Shown in pieces: positions 20,028-33,330 of a DNA stretch of 64,000 nucleotides. The notes under the pieces are model-generated. The model was given only the letters and a program-made list of their open reading frames with translations, was not told the DNA's origin and ran no database searches. Numbering within the stretch: position 1 is the first letter of the stretch; every line of letters begins with the position of its first letter. Location of the stretch: assembly GCF_009914755.1 (NCBI RefSeq), contig NC_060936.1; one strand, 5' to 3'. A program made the position numbers and the translations under genes. Source of the stretch: the human T2T-CHM13v2.0 reference genome, Homo sapiens.

Positions 20028-22135
20028 TAATATGGTTTGGGTTTGTCCTCACCCAAATCTCAACTTGAATTGTATTCCTAAAATTCTCACATGTTATGGG
20101 AGGGACCCAGGGGAGGTAATTGAATCATGGGGCCCAGTCTTTCTCATGCTATTCCTGTGATAGAGAATAAGTCTCACAAGATCTGATGGTTTTATCACGG
20201 GTTCTCACTTTTGCTTTTTTCTCTTGCTGCCACCATGAAAGAAGTGCTTTTTGCTGCCCACCATGATTCTAAGGCCTCCCCAGCCATGAGGAACTGTAAG
20301 TCCAGCTAAATCTCTTTTTCTTCTCAGTCTCGAATATGTCTTTCTCAGCAGTGTGAAAACAGACTAATACAGTAAATTGGTACTAGGAGTGGGGTGTGGC
20401 TGAAAACATACCTGAAAATGTGGAATCAACTTTGAAACTAGGTAACAGGCAGAGGTTGGAACAGTTTGAAGGGCTCAGAAAAAGATAGCAAAATCTGGAA
20501 AAGTTTGGAACTTCCTAGAGACTTGTTGAATGGCTTTTCCCAAAACACTGATAGTGATATGAACAATAAAATCCAGGCTGAGGTGGTCTCAGATGGAGAT
20601 AAGGAAATTGTTGGGAACTGGAGTAAAGGTGACTCTTGTTATGTTTTAGCAAAGAGACTGGCAGCACTTTGCCCTGGCCTTAGAAATTTGTGGAAATTTC
20701 AACTTCAGAGAGATGATTAAAGGTTTTTGATGGAAGAAATTTCTAAGCAGGAAAGCATTCAAGAGGTGACTTGGTTGCTGCTAAAGGCATTCAGTTTTAT
20801 AAGGGAAACAGAACATAAAAGTTCAGAAAATTTGCAGCCTGACAATGCAGTAGAAAAGAAAAACTCATTTTCTGGGGAAAAATTCAAGCCAGGTGCAGAA
20901 ATTAGCTTAAGTACCAAGGAGAGTAATGTTAATCCCCAAGACCATGGGAAAAATGTCTCCAGGCCATGCCAGAGACCTTCAAGGCAGCCCCTCCTATCAC
21001 AGGCCCAGAGGCCCAGGAGAAAAAAGTGGTTTCATGGGCTGTGTCCAGGGTCCCTGTGCTGTGTGCAGCCTAGGGACTTGGTAACCTGTGTCCCAGCTGT
21101 TCTAGCCATGGCTGAAAGGGGCCAACATAGAGCTTGGGTCATGGCCTCAGAGGGTGGAAGCTCCAAGCCTTGGCAGCTTCCATGTGGTGTTGAGCCTGCA
21201 TGTTCATAGAAGTCAAGAATTGAGGTTTAGGAACCTCTGCCTAGATTTCAGAAGAGGTATAGAAACAACTGGATGCCCAGGCATAAGTTTGGTGTGGTGG
21301 GGTGGGGTGGGGGACATAGGGGCTCATGGAGAACCTCTGCCAAGGCAGTGCAAAAGTGAAAAATGGGGTTCAAGCCCCCACACAGAGTCCCAAGACCATG
21401 AGAACCCACCTCTTGCGTCAGTATGACCTGGTTGTGAGACCTGGAGTCAAAGGAGATCATTTTGGAGCTTTAAAATTTGACTACGCCACTGGATTTTGGA
21501 CTTGTGTGGGCCCTGTAACCTCTTTGTTTTGCTCAATTTCTCCCATTTGGAATGGCTGTATTAACCCAATACCTGTACCGCCCATTGTATTTAGGAAGTA
21601 ACTAGCTTGTTTTTGGTTTTACAGGCTCATAGGAAAAGGGACTTGCCTTGTCTCAGAGAAGTCTTTGGACTGTGGACTTTCAGGTTAATGCTGAAATGAG
21701 TTAAGACTTTGGGGGACTGTTGAGAAGGCATGATTGGTTTTGAAATGTGAGGACATGAGATTTGGAGGGGCTAGGGATGGAATGATGTGGTTTGGCTGTG
21801 TCCCCACCCAAATCTCAACTTGAATTTTATCTCCCAGAATTTCCATGTATTGTGGGAGGGACCTGGGGAAGGTAATTGAATCATGGGGGCTGGTCTTTCC
21901 CATGCTATTCTCATGATAGTGAATAAGTCTCATGAGATCTGATGGTTTTATCAAGGGTTTCTGCTTTTGCATCTTCCTCATTTTTCTCTTGCTGATGCCA
22001 TGTAAGAAGTGCCTTTCACCTCTCACCATGATTCTGAAGCCTCTCCAGTCATGTGGAACTGTAAGTCCAATTAAACCTCTTTTTCTTCCCAGTCTCAGGT
22101 ATGTCTTATCAGCAGTGTGAAAATGGACTAATATA
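20028..22135 (+). mobile_element. THE1A MaLR provirus (5' LTR 20028-20371, internal 20372-21782, 3' LTR 21783-22135)
   Basis: Two homologous ~350-bp LTRs with THE1A-type 'ctcaacttgaat...cagaatt'; TSD catgg/tatgg; ORFs 20466-20720 and 20727-21209 are THE1-int ORF remnants. Confidence 0.93.
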
Positions 22136-22144
22136 TATGGTATG

Positions 22145-22312
22145 ATTTATTTTACTATTTTATTTTGAGATTGGGTATTATTCTGTCACCCTGGGTGCAG
22201 TGCAGTGGTGTAATCATAGCTCACTGAAGCCTCTAACACCTGGGCTCAAAGGATTCTCCCGCCTCAGATACCCAAGTAGCTGGGACTACAGACATCACCA
22301 CCACTTGAGGCT
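22145..22312 (-). mobile_element. Alu right monomer (FRAM/AluJ fragment)
   Basis: tgcagtggtgtaatcatagctcactgaagcctc...gtagctgggactacag. Confidence 0.8.
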
Positions 22313-23509
22313 CTGATTTCTATCCTTTTAAAATTTGTTAAGGTGTGTTTTATGTCTCAGAATGTAGTCTACTTTGGTGAATATTCCACATGAATTTGAT
22401 AATTGTATTGTGCTGTTGTTGGATAAAGTATTCTATAGTGATCAATTCTATTGAATTGATTGATATCATTGAGTTCAACTGTGTCCTTATTAATTTTCTA
22501 ACTGCTGTTCTATTTCTAATAGAAGGATGTTGAAGCCTCTAACTATCACAGTGGATTTATTTACTTCTTGCAATTCAGTTCATTATTTTCCTCATGTATT
22601 TTGATGCTCTATTTTCAGGCACATATAAATTAAGTATTGTTATGCCTTTTTGGAGAATTGACCCCTTCTTCAGAATGTAATGCCCCTCTTTACCCCTGAC
22701 AACTTTTCTTCCTTAATATAGCTATTTGCACGTTATTGTGATTAGTGTTAGTATGCTATGCATTTCTTCATTTACTTACTTTTACTGTATATGTCTGTTT
22801 ATATATGTTTATATATGGAGTGGGTTGTTGTAGACATCATATAGTTGGGTGTCATTTTTTATCCACTCTGAAAATCTCTTTTATTTGGTACACTTAGGCA
22901 ATTGAAATTAAACGTGATTATTGATAGAATTGGTTTAATATCTATCATATTTGTTACTGTTTCCTATTTGCTACCATTAATGTTTGTTTCTATTTTTATG
23001 ATACTTGATAAACTAGGAACTATTTTCAAATGAAACCTGCCAATTGTGAAAGTATAACTTTACAATTTGTAATTTTTTAAAATAAAAGCACACTTTACAT
23101 AATACAAAACATTTAAATGCATGAGCATAGGTAGAGAAAATATAAAACATGTTTGGAAAGGATTCATACCATCTTCAGGTTGGTGTTTACTTCTGGCATT
23201 GAGGAATGGATAATTTAGTTTTTACGGTCATAAGAAGAAATGCATCATTTATTTTAGGATATTAAAATTGGGGGAAAGACCAGGTGGGTTTATTTAAATT
23301 ACAACTAATTATAAAGAAACAAGAAAGATATAGGATATTGTTACAGTATAGTGCAGGAAACATAAATTTGAAGCAGGAAAGCTCTTCCATTCCTAAATCT
23401 AGACTCAGCAAAAGAGATAATTTTCCCCAATTTAAAAGTGGCTTTCTGTTGAAAAAAAAATCATCATAAAGTGTTCACCATTAGAGTGTTAAATAATCTG
23501 AGTTTACTC

Positions 23510-24770
23510 TTTTCTATCCTGTAATCTCCTACTGCATTTTTCCAATGGCATCCAAACTGAAAGTCAGAAGAAGGGAACCTATTAAATCAGTACCTGTAGA
23601 TCAGCCTACCATGGGATAAAGCATGAAGAAATGTGTAGAAAGCAGATCTGAAGAGCAAAGAGACGATATCTCACATCATCCATTCCATTTACCCCTTAAC
23701 ATCCACTTTTGTACTTAATCTTACTAGAATATTATCTACTGGAAAGAGAAAATATTTAAAGTCTTATCCATCTATATCATCACAGAGTAATGACAAATGA
23801 CAACAGGAAAGCAAATTGTTAGGACACTTAATATAAGGTAGGAGGGGAAAATAGGATAAAATAACACAATTATATGCAATAAAATATAGCACTATAGTCC
23901 CTCCCTGTGGCAAGTTTTGAGGACTAAGTTGGTAATCATGGTTCCTTCTTCAATTATACATTTGTAGTTACCTTTACCTTCTGCTAGCACCTTAGCTAGA
24001 TTGGCTAGATTTTACTTAGTGGATTAAAAAGATCTTCATTCTAGCAGGATCTAAGTTCTTATTGGTTTTGTGTTTATTCAGTTGCCATAACATTCTGTTG
24101 ATTAGAATTGTTGGGCAAGAAGATATAAGAGGTGCTCCAGTGGGCTGGTCATGGTGGCTCACTCCTCTAATCCCAGCACTTTGGGAAGCCAAGGCAGGCA
24201 GATCACGAGGTCAGGAGATTGAGACCCTGGCTAACAAGATAAAATCCCATTTCTACTAAAAATAAAAAAAATTAGCTGGGTGTGGTGGCATGCGCCTGTA
24301 GTCCCAGCTACTCGGGAGGCTGAGGCAGGAGAATCTTGAACCTGGGAGGCGTACGTTGCAGTGAGCCGAGATCGCACACTGCACTCCAGCCTGAGCAACA
24401 GAGCAAGACTCTGTCTCAAAAAAAAAGGAGCCCCAGTGAACCCTGGACTCCAAATATATTTCTCCTTGTTCCTATTGTGTTGTAGCAACCCAATTTCTCC
24501 ATGGTAATTTTAACAAGTCTTCTAAGCAAACATAGTAATTGTTTTTCTGTATTTTGTTTCATTGGCAAGATGAGCTTAACATGGCCATCAGTCAATCTCA
24601 GCTTCCAGTTTACAGTCAAGCATAACAATGTTTCCTGATGAAAGCGTTCATCCTTGGATACTAGGGCATCTGAACGCATTGAGATAAAAATCATGAAAAT
24701 GTAAATAACAAGGCCTCCTCCATCCTATTTCTTTATTCCTGGATCAGCTCACCTTGGTTATGAAAAAGTT
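23510..24770 (-). mobile_element. LTR33-like LTR (~23510-23675) plus adjacent ERVL internal remnant
   Basis: 'gaaagtcagaagaagggaacc...gatcagcct...gatctgaagagcaaagagacgatatc' resembles LTR33; the following sequence resembles ERVL-int. Confidence 0.5.
24143..24426 (+). mobile_element. AluS (Sc-like)
   Basis: Full Alu; TSD agaggtgctccagtg / aaaggagccccagtg. Confidence 0.93.
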
Positions 24771-26149
24771 AATAAGAAACTCAGTTCTGAATTTTTGGGT
24801 CTCATTACTGCAAGGTGGATCCCTAGAAGGATCTAGTTATTTTTTATTTGATTTTTTTTCTTGTAGGAAATTATATAAGTAGACTGGGTTTTATGTATAT
24901 TGAGTTTGAAAAAGGATATCTAGATAGAAAAGTATAGCACATAGTAATATAGGTAACTGAAGCTCTCAAGACTAGACAGATATCTAAGTACAGATTTACA
25001 ATTTGTCTACAAGGATGAAAATAATCTAATCAGAGAAAATCAGATATCTCGATAAAATAAAATAAAGTAAATGAAAAGTTGACCAAAGGGACTTGTAACA
25101 TAATCATGTTTAAGTTTTAGGGGAAGGGAAAAGAGCTAACAAAATAGGCAGTGGAGTAATCTGAAAGATGGAAGAATCAAGAAGATGGAGTGTAAAGCCA
25201 ATCAGAAAAACAGGATTATCATTGAGGATGTGATCATGTGATATACTGTAGAAAAAAAGACATGAGATATCCTTGGGCAGGATCTTGACAAGAGAGGTTT
25301 TGCTACATCACCTCAACAGAAAACCTCTAGGTTTTAATAAAAAGTGTACATGGTAAGGCATTAAGTGAAACTATGGAAGTAGTAAAAATAATATTCTTTT
25401 AAAACTTGAGTAGTTAAAAAGAGAGTTGATTGTAAGAATATTATTTTTCTAAGCCAAATGAAGTTTTGTACCATCCAGACTGAAAAGGCCAACTGATAGC
25501 TGAGAAGAAACAATTAAAAATATTAATACAATAAATAAGTATTGATGTATTCTAATGAATTTTCAAGACATCAGTGATGAAGAGGACACGTTGGAAAACT
25601 GTCAAAACAAAACAAAGAATGTTTTGTATGATAAGCACAAGCAGCACATTAATTTCAGACTGTAATTTGCAATAATCAATACTTGAAAATACATGTCTAA
25701 GGAAAAATAATAAATTTATATCTAATCCATGCATAATTCAAATAAGAAAATAAAATTAATGTTTTCTAACATTCAAGGAGTGGGAAAGCTTACACATTTT
25801 TAATATTATTATTTTTGTGGTGACGCGGAATCCTTTGAGCAGCCATTTATGTTTGGAGAAAGTCTCATAAGTTCTTCTTTTCTAATGGGAAAGTTGATAT
25901 TTACTCTCCACTTTTCCCTTTATTCTGGAGACTGGAAACATGTGATTTCGGAACTGCCAAGCAAATAGAGTTGGTGATATTTTAATTAAGAAATAAGCAA
26001 CTTGAAAAATAAAGCACTGAAAAGTCTCAATCTTTAGATGATGTAACACTGGAGGCCTTTTAAAGGCAGCAGTTGCAAAGCTTCTGAACACGTTAATGTA
26101 TTGTATTGTGTGTAAACAACAGTTGTGTGCTCACTAAATCAGCTTTTGA

Positions 26150-27030
26150 ATTTGAACTCCTGACTGTATCACAGATTTCTGGGATATCCTTCAACAAATA
26201 ATCTGTATTCTTAAACTAACCAGAGTGTATAGTGTTGTGGCAAGTATTAAAACTGATATAGTATTTGGTGCCACATTGAGGCAACAGAAAATGGAAATCT
26301 TTCAGTAAGGTTGTAGCTAATAGTACAAAAAGATGTTACTCGAGCAGCCCACCGTGTTTAGAGGCTGAATGGTAATAAAATTAGTGCATTTGATCAAGAA
26401 TCATAAAACTCCCAGTGAAGGCAAAGCTTTGAGGCATCCAGTAGCCACTGGCACCAAACAGTATGATGAGCATGAAGAACTGAAAGAAGGTAGAATGGCT
26501 TGTGGCTTCTAATTACACTGTGAAGTTAAACAAAATTTCAAAATCCTTGGCTCAATATATGTTAAGAGATCTGGGAGAAAAAAAAATCTGTGATTTCTTA
26601 TAGGTTAAGATAACATAAAATTTGATTCAATGGCTTTCTAATTTATGACAATTTTTGTTGGGAATTTTTTTCTAATATGAAAATTAGAACATAAGTTTGA
26701 AAATATAGAGTACTATATTGTAAGGGAAAACTATCGGATGCTTTTGATGGCTCAAAGAACCTAAAAAAAAAAAACCTGATGTTTTATTAAACAGCTCTTG
26801 TGGTATAGTGGGAAGAGATAAAGTTGGAAACTGTATGACATTGATTTCTATGAGTAATGAAATATAAAATATTGTGATAAGAAGTGTCAAATTGAAGTCC
26901 ATGAAGTCCTCTCTTTATAGAAAATCCAAAGTTTTCTCACATTCTGAATAAATCAAAGACATTAATGCAATATTTAGGACTTGACCAATTTTGGAGACAT
27001 CCTCATGACACCCAGAGGCATCTTGGTGGC
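26150..27030 (+). mobile_element. Ancient LTR end plus internal remnant (ERVL/MaLR class)
   Basis: LTR-end-like 'aaataatctgtattcttaaactaaccagagtg...ctgatata' followed by tttggtgcca; very degraded. Confidence 0.35.
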
Positions 27031-27046
27031 ATTAAGAGCTTAGTTA

Positions 27047-27519
27047 TATTCACAATAGTAAAGACTTGGAACCAACCCAAATGTCCAACAATGATAGACT
27101 GGATTAAGAAAATGTGGCACATATACACCATGGAATACTATGCAGCCATAAAAAATGATGAGTTCATGTCCTTTGTAGGGACATGGATGAAATTGGAAAT
27201 CATCATTCTCAGTAAACTATCGCAAGAACAAAAAACCAAACACCAAATATTCTCACTCATAGGTGGGAATTGAACAATGAGATCACTTGGACACAGGAAG
27301 GGGAACATCACACTCTGGGGACTGTTGTGGGGTGGGGGGAGGGGGGAGGGATAGCATTGGGAGATATACCTAATGCTAGATGACGAGTTAGTGGGTGCAG
27401 CACACCAGCATGGCACATGTATACGTATGTAACTAACCTGCACAATGTGCACATGTACCCTAAAACTTAAAGTATAATAATAAATAAATAAATAAATAAA
27501 TAAAAAATGCAGGAAAAAA
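27047..27519 (+). mobile_element. L1PA2/L1PA3 5'-truncated 3' end
   Basis: ORF2 C-terminus ([13 protein letters not shown]...IFSLIGGN*) and 3'UTR with GAG (not ACA) at the Ta-diagnostic site; perfect 13-bp TSD aagagcttagtta (27034-27046 / 27520-27532). Confidence 0.96.
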
Positions 27520-30056
27520 AAGAGCTTAGTTAAGGGAAACAGACACACTAATTCAAATTTTAAGTCTACCACTTACTATTTGCATTTTCTAGGACAATTT
27601 TTTTTTTAATTTTCTATACCTGCATTTTCTTATTTGTAAATGCAAAGAAAAAGTACTGTCTACCTGCTAGAGTGATTTATTGTAAGCATTAAATGAGATA
27701 ATTGCAAAGTCTTAGAACAGAGTTTGAAATAATGTGTGTGTTAAAATTAAAAGATATGTTTGGCCAGTCTGGAATTCAAATAGACTTCGAAAAATGACAA
27801 TAATTTATTGCACGTGAAGTTGCTTGTTAAATTCAGCGTTTCATTTGCTGTGCCAGATTGGCCACTTTATTGGAGGAAATAAACAAGAGAAAAAAAAGCC
27901 TTTGGTACCTATTATTTCATTCTTGAGCTGTCAAGGGATTTATCTCCTGTATTTCAAAAACCTGGAAAACTAAAGGAGCCATTGTCATTCACTTGGCACA
28001 TGAAGCAATACACTTTCATTACCTGAACTTAGGTCGGTATCATTTTTATTTATATTTCATAGATATTGGTATCTTTTCATGTAACAGGATAAAAACCCAT
28101 CCATTATAATGATGCTAAGATAATAATAGTGCTGTCTTACTGCAGAATAGGTGTCCTGTATTTCTTGCAAAAATCAAATTACTGTAGGTAGGTGAGAGAG
28201 AAGTTGGTTAAAATAATACATGTTATCTTAAGTACATTATAATGTAAAAAATGCATTTTCCATTCTTGTTTTAATTATATTTTAACAGATATAATTGATT
28301 TTTTGTGCATTTATTCTGCTTTGTTAATTTAATCTATCAGATGGACTCTGCCTTTTAATGCTATAAATTAACTCATTTATATTGTTGTTAAAATTGAAAT
28401 GATTTTTATGCTTAAAATATTTGTGTATTTTATAATTTGTAACTTCCTATATTTTTAAACTTTACTCCAGTTTAATTATTTTTCCTTTGTTCATCATTTG
28501 TTTTAGCCTGTGTTTTGAAAAGCACTGAGCATATTGTTCAGGTAACACATTAGTGTATTGTTGCAAAGAGCAGATCCTACACTTCCTCCTCTCTCACAAT
28601 GAAGCTGACACTCTTTATTGAATACTCCTGCTAGATCTGCAACCTATTTGATGGTTCTCTGTGGAAATTGATGCTATTTTCTCACTCCTGCTACCTCCAC
28701 TGGATTAAATTCTCTATGATCTCTATTGATTCAATAAAAATCTACAGGAGGTTTATATAATTAATGGAATTTACAACCATGCTTTCAGTTCAAAGGATTT
28801 GGGGTTTTTAGCATTTATGATAAGACTTCTGCCTCATAAGACAGGAGGTGCTCCAAAAGTAGGAGAGAGGTTCAGCGGTTCTGTTGCTGGATGACTAAGA
28901 AATTGGCAAATATCTTTCAGTATCCCCTTTTTTGGCTGTACATTATCATAAAAAGGGAGGGGGGCCAAACCCCCTCACAACTTTATTTATGACTGATATT
29001 AAAAAATATATGTAACTATTTTCCCCAAAGAAAAACCCTATGTCTCTTCAACCTTTGCATATCAAATTCTGAGCCCTTTAAGTGATATACTTTCCTCTTG
29101 CTTTGTTTTTCATGATTTTCCATAGATATTCTGTAATCCATGGACTAAATGTTAAAGCAAACGAAAGCCAATACATTCCTATATAAAATGGTGTAGGAGA
29201 AGAAAATTAAGAAATAATAAAAATACATGATTTCCATCTCATAGCAAGTGAAGACATGCCAGTTAATGATATATATCCAATTCTACAATTAATACTGATT
29301 CTATTGTTACTATTTATAAAGGATCAAAAATAATTTGTGTTAATTTCCTCAGTGGTCACAAAAGGAGATTCTAGATTCTGAAAACTAGAGAAAAATAAAT
29401 TGTAATATACCTTCAGAAATTTTTGAAGTTACTACAAAAGAATAAAAATTTATTTTAAAATTTTACTTTATTACTTGAAGAAGTGGAAAAATAAAGCAAA
29501 AAAGTCAAAGAAAGGCAAGGAAATATAAAAGTCATAAGAATAAGTATATCAGTATAATAATGTAAAAGGGCTAGATTTCTGAATCATAAAAATTAAGGAT
29601 ATGCATGGTAGTTTGGAAAAGCACATAATATATATTATCCTGGGAACAGTGCATAAAATACTTTTTCAATACATCTCAAAGAAAAACAAAGATGCCTACT
29701 TATTAAAGTCATAACAATAAAATTTAATATAAAACATTTTAGATGGGGCAAAATGTTCATCTTACATTGATAAAATGTAAACCCATAAAGACATAACAAG
29801 TATAAACCTCAATATTTTTATTTTAAGCAAAATATTTGGTAATATTCCCACTGAACCGTTTGTTTTCAGGGAACTTTCAGCTCCTCCTATCCCACCACTG
29901 ATGTTATTTTCACTGTTAGCATTCTTTGGAAGCTCAACTCGCTGCAGAATGGTATTGGTTCAATATTCTATCAAAATTTATACTCTCTATACATTTTTTA
30001 TTCTTCTAGCCAGTTTATTTCAAATTTACAACTCTCTTAATGTCCTCATGTACTTT

Positions 30057-30960
30057 TGAGGCAGGATATTTCCCTGACCCCTTCACAGAACTCAGAACGG
30101 GGTGCCTCATTTACTCAGCTCACAGTTCTCAACTCCTTGAGAGAGGGAGTGCACAGGCGAATGAGGTGGGAATTGGAGTGCAGGAGTGCTGGAACTAGCC
30201 AGATACTTCGGCACTGTTTAGGGGCAAACTCCACTATGGGACCCACTGCATTTCACCCCTCCAGGGAGGGAGCACAGAGATGAGTTGGTGCGGAAGCTGG
30301 GGTGAGCACTTTTGGGCACCAGCAGGAGGAAACTCCATGCGGACTCTGTGGCAGCATCTTGTAGTGGATGCCCAGGACCCCTGAAGCCCTAGAGGGAGAG
30401 TTACAGTGCTCTTTTAGCTCTGCCTTCCGTGTACACCTTAAATGTTAAAAGCTCAGTGGGCCCTTTTGTCTCTGCACTCGTGGCTCCTGAGCTCTTGTCG
30501 GGCATCCATGAAAAACGAGGTCACATGAATGAACTGAAGAATGGTAAATGCGGGAGATTTTACTGCTGATGGAAGTGGCTGTCAGTGGGAAGGGGGACTA
30601 AAAAGGGGATGGGACAGGAAGGTAATCTCACCCTGACGTCCGCCCATCTGGCCGAATTCCTCTCTGAGGTTGCTGTAAAGCTGTTACTCTGACGTCAAGC
30701 AGCTTCTCTCTGAGCTCCAGCTGTAGTCTCTGACATAACAGCTGCTTCTCCTCTCTGCTGGCTGAGTCTGAGGTCTTTATATCCACAAGATGGGGCAAGG
30801 CGGGTCATGGGTAGTTTAGGTAAAGGCAGCATTTGATTGGGAAAACAGGTATAGAAATGCTCAGTTTGGGCTGCGGTCTCAGGCTTTTCAGCTTGAGAGT
30901 GGCACTTTTCCAGGGACTCGCCCCCATCAGCCAATAATTTCTCTGCCCCTGTCCCTATCA
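30057..30960 (-). mobile_element. ERV1 solo LTR, LTR27/LTR28 (MER52-related) family
   Basis: GC-richer island. The minus strand starts TGATAGGGACAGGGGCAGAGAAAT and ends CCTGCCTCA; 4-bp TSD cttt. Confidence 0.8.
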
Positions 30961-32551
30961 CTTTTATTTTATACTTTTTTCCTCGTGTATTTTTAAAGTT
31001 TATATTTTTATCTCCAGTATTGTTATAAGTTTTAGGCATTAAGTAGGAATAATATGAATGCTAATAATGATAAAATTATAACTATGTAGACAATATTGAT
31101 GAAGGTAGTAATGATGGCAGTATAAAGACATACAATCAAACAGTAAAAATGAAGGCCTGTTTTTGAAAGGAAATAAAATATTTCTGGTTCTAAGACAATA
31201 TATCCCAGAAAATTTTGCTATTTTTGTTTATAGCTTATGCCCCCATTCTTTTTCTCTTGTTTTCTTTTATTACCTGCGGTTATATTTGATTAATTTAATT
31301 GTATACTGGCTTATTTTCTATTCATCTCTACTGTGATGTTTGGAATTTGAAAGTTGGAATAATTTTTAAATGAACTTCCCTTCATTCTACGTGCAAATAT
31401 TTCGCAGAGTAGCTCTTGCTTTTCTTGTGCCCTAACTTCTTTGAAATAGATTCACTCACAAGAGATGAATAATAAAACCCTTCAAATAATTATTTGTAGC
31501 ATTGATTATTGATGGTAAATGTTTATAACTTCAGGCTCTCTAGTGCTTCAAAGCAAAGAATATCTTGGTTTGCTGATTGGAAGCTTATAAAACTGTTTTA
31601 GTTGGACATGGTTATGTCTTAGGTTTTCTCAGTCTCATGCAAACAGTACAAACTTTCAGTAGGCTGTACTGCTTCTGCATATTAAAGTTTTTTTATTACA
31701 TATTGATACTTTAGTTGCATCCTCAGAGTTTGACTTCATTGCCAAGTCCTGGAGATCAGTTCTCTAGCTTTCTATAGAAAGATTACTGAAGCCTATAGCT
31801 GTATTTCTCTAAGATTAACTAGTTACTCAAGACATTTTTGGTGCTCGCAATGTGTAAGCTCTCCTCCCATTAACACATCCGAGATCTTATTTAATTGCAT
31901 AGCCATAGGCATGATGAGAGAGAAACCGTCTTTGAAAAGCACATCTGCTTTTAAATAAGGAAAATATCTTATTCTTGGTGCTTTTTTCCTCGCATTTTCT
32001 ATCTCTAGGGTGGAATATCACCATTTTTAGAAGAGAACTCTAAAGAGAGAGCTTGCATATGCATATGGTATTCAGTGTGACATTAGCAGGTGCAACATTG
32101 CTTTAAAGACAGCAGTTAGGCATTTTTTAAATGAATGTAAAAAGCTTAGGGAACTCCAATCCATTTGATTTAAGCTAAAGGATAGTTTCCACTTGGGTTA
32201 TTCTTCCATATTCAAAACATTTTGTAACTTTATCTCTTTCTTCCTTTAATGATACAAAAATAGGCCATTAATATCATAGGCTATATAAAGACACACATCA
32301 ACTTATATCACTTTAGGACGATATAAGACTGTGAGATACTTGAATGATTTTCTGGGAACCTGTTTATAGCCTACCTGCTATGGTTGGAATTTCAATCCCC
32401 TACATTCTCGTCATTAAAATGTTGGCATAACGGCTCTGAAAAAGACAGGAAATACTAGTTTTCTGTCTAAAGTTTAAAAATATAAGTTCAAGGCCCAATC
32501 TTGATTTTCTTATAGCACTAGTCCTGATTGATTCATTTATTTAGCCCATCA

Positions 32552-32641
32552 CTTGTTATGTTGGTCAGTAATGTGTGACATGCTTCATTAATATTATTTG
32601 TCTAAAATAATCCCAGAGATAAGTATTAATATCTGACATTT
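32552..32641 (+). repeat. 90-bp dispersed direct duplicate of 33056-33145
   Basis: 89/90 identical by eye (gacatg vs gacgtg). Confidence 0.95.
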
Positions 32642-33055
32642 TCATGATTTTCCATAGATATTCTGTACTTCTTATTTTGTACATTATCATTATGAATCAT
32701 TGGAAATTCCAAGATTGATCACATATGACTCCCAGCACACTCTTGGAATGTTAAGAGGCTTAAAAATTCAAAAAGAAAACTAAACATCTTGATATATAGT
32801 TACAAATATAAAGTGGGAATCAGTGAGCATCAAAGCAGCAATATAAAGGATTATGTGATTTGAAAGGGGACATGTTTTAAAACTTTAAGATAACTATGAC
32901 TGTCATACACTTGAATACAAAACAATGTATCTTTTTTCAGTAATTACATATCATGTGTGTTAGGGTTGAATTTCAACTAGAAGGCAAATGTGAGGAATTA
33001 GTGTCATGGACTGGGCCAGTAATTCTGTGTAACTCAAGTGCTTGTCTATTTACTG

Positions 33056-33330
33056 CTTGTTATGTTGGTCAGTAATGTGTGACGTGCTTCATTAATATTA
33101 TTTGTCTAAAATAATCCCAGAGATAAGTATTAATATCTGACATTTACTCATCAGGAAGATGAGTTACAGAGAGAGAACCCTACCTCCCCAAAGTAGTACA
33201 GTTCTAGTACAGAGCTCTATGCAGGAGAGGTATATATCACATCCCAGCTTTATTACTTATTTTTGTATAATGTGTGGCAAGTACTTAAACTTTCTGTAAC
33301 TCAGATCTTTTATCTGTTAACGATGTATAC
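33056..33330. mobile_element. MIR fragments
   Basis: Degraded MIR core motifs (taagtattaatatctgacatttac...gaagatgagttacagagag; ggcaagtacttaaactttctgtaactcag). Confidence 0.5.

Larger units (their letters stand above)
18100..23000 (-). mobile_element. Old L1M/L1MC-MD fragments, interrupted by Alu and THE1A
   Basis: L1MC/MD-type 3' end at ~18735-19110 and antisense ORF2 motifs at 19110-20027 and 22312-23000. Confidence 0.65.

Noticed and set aside
25800-28100. FOX (GTAAACAA) and E-box (CACGTG) motifs as an enhancer
   Set aside because: Short motifs alone do not support a regulatory call without conservation or chromatin data.
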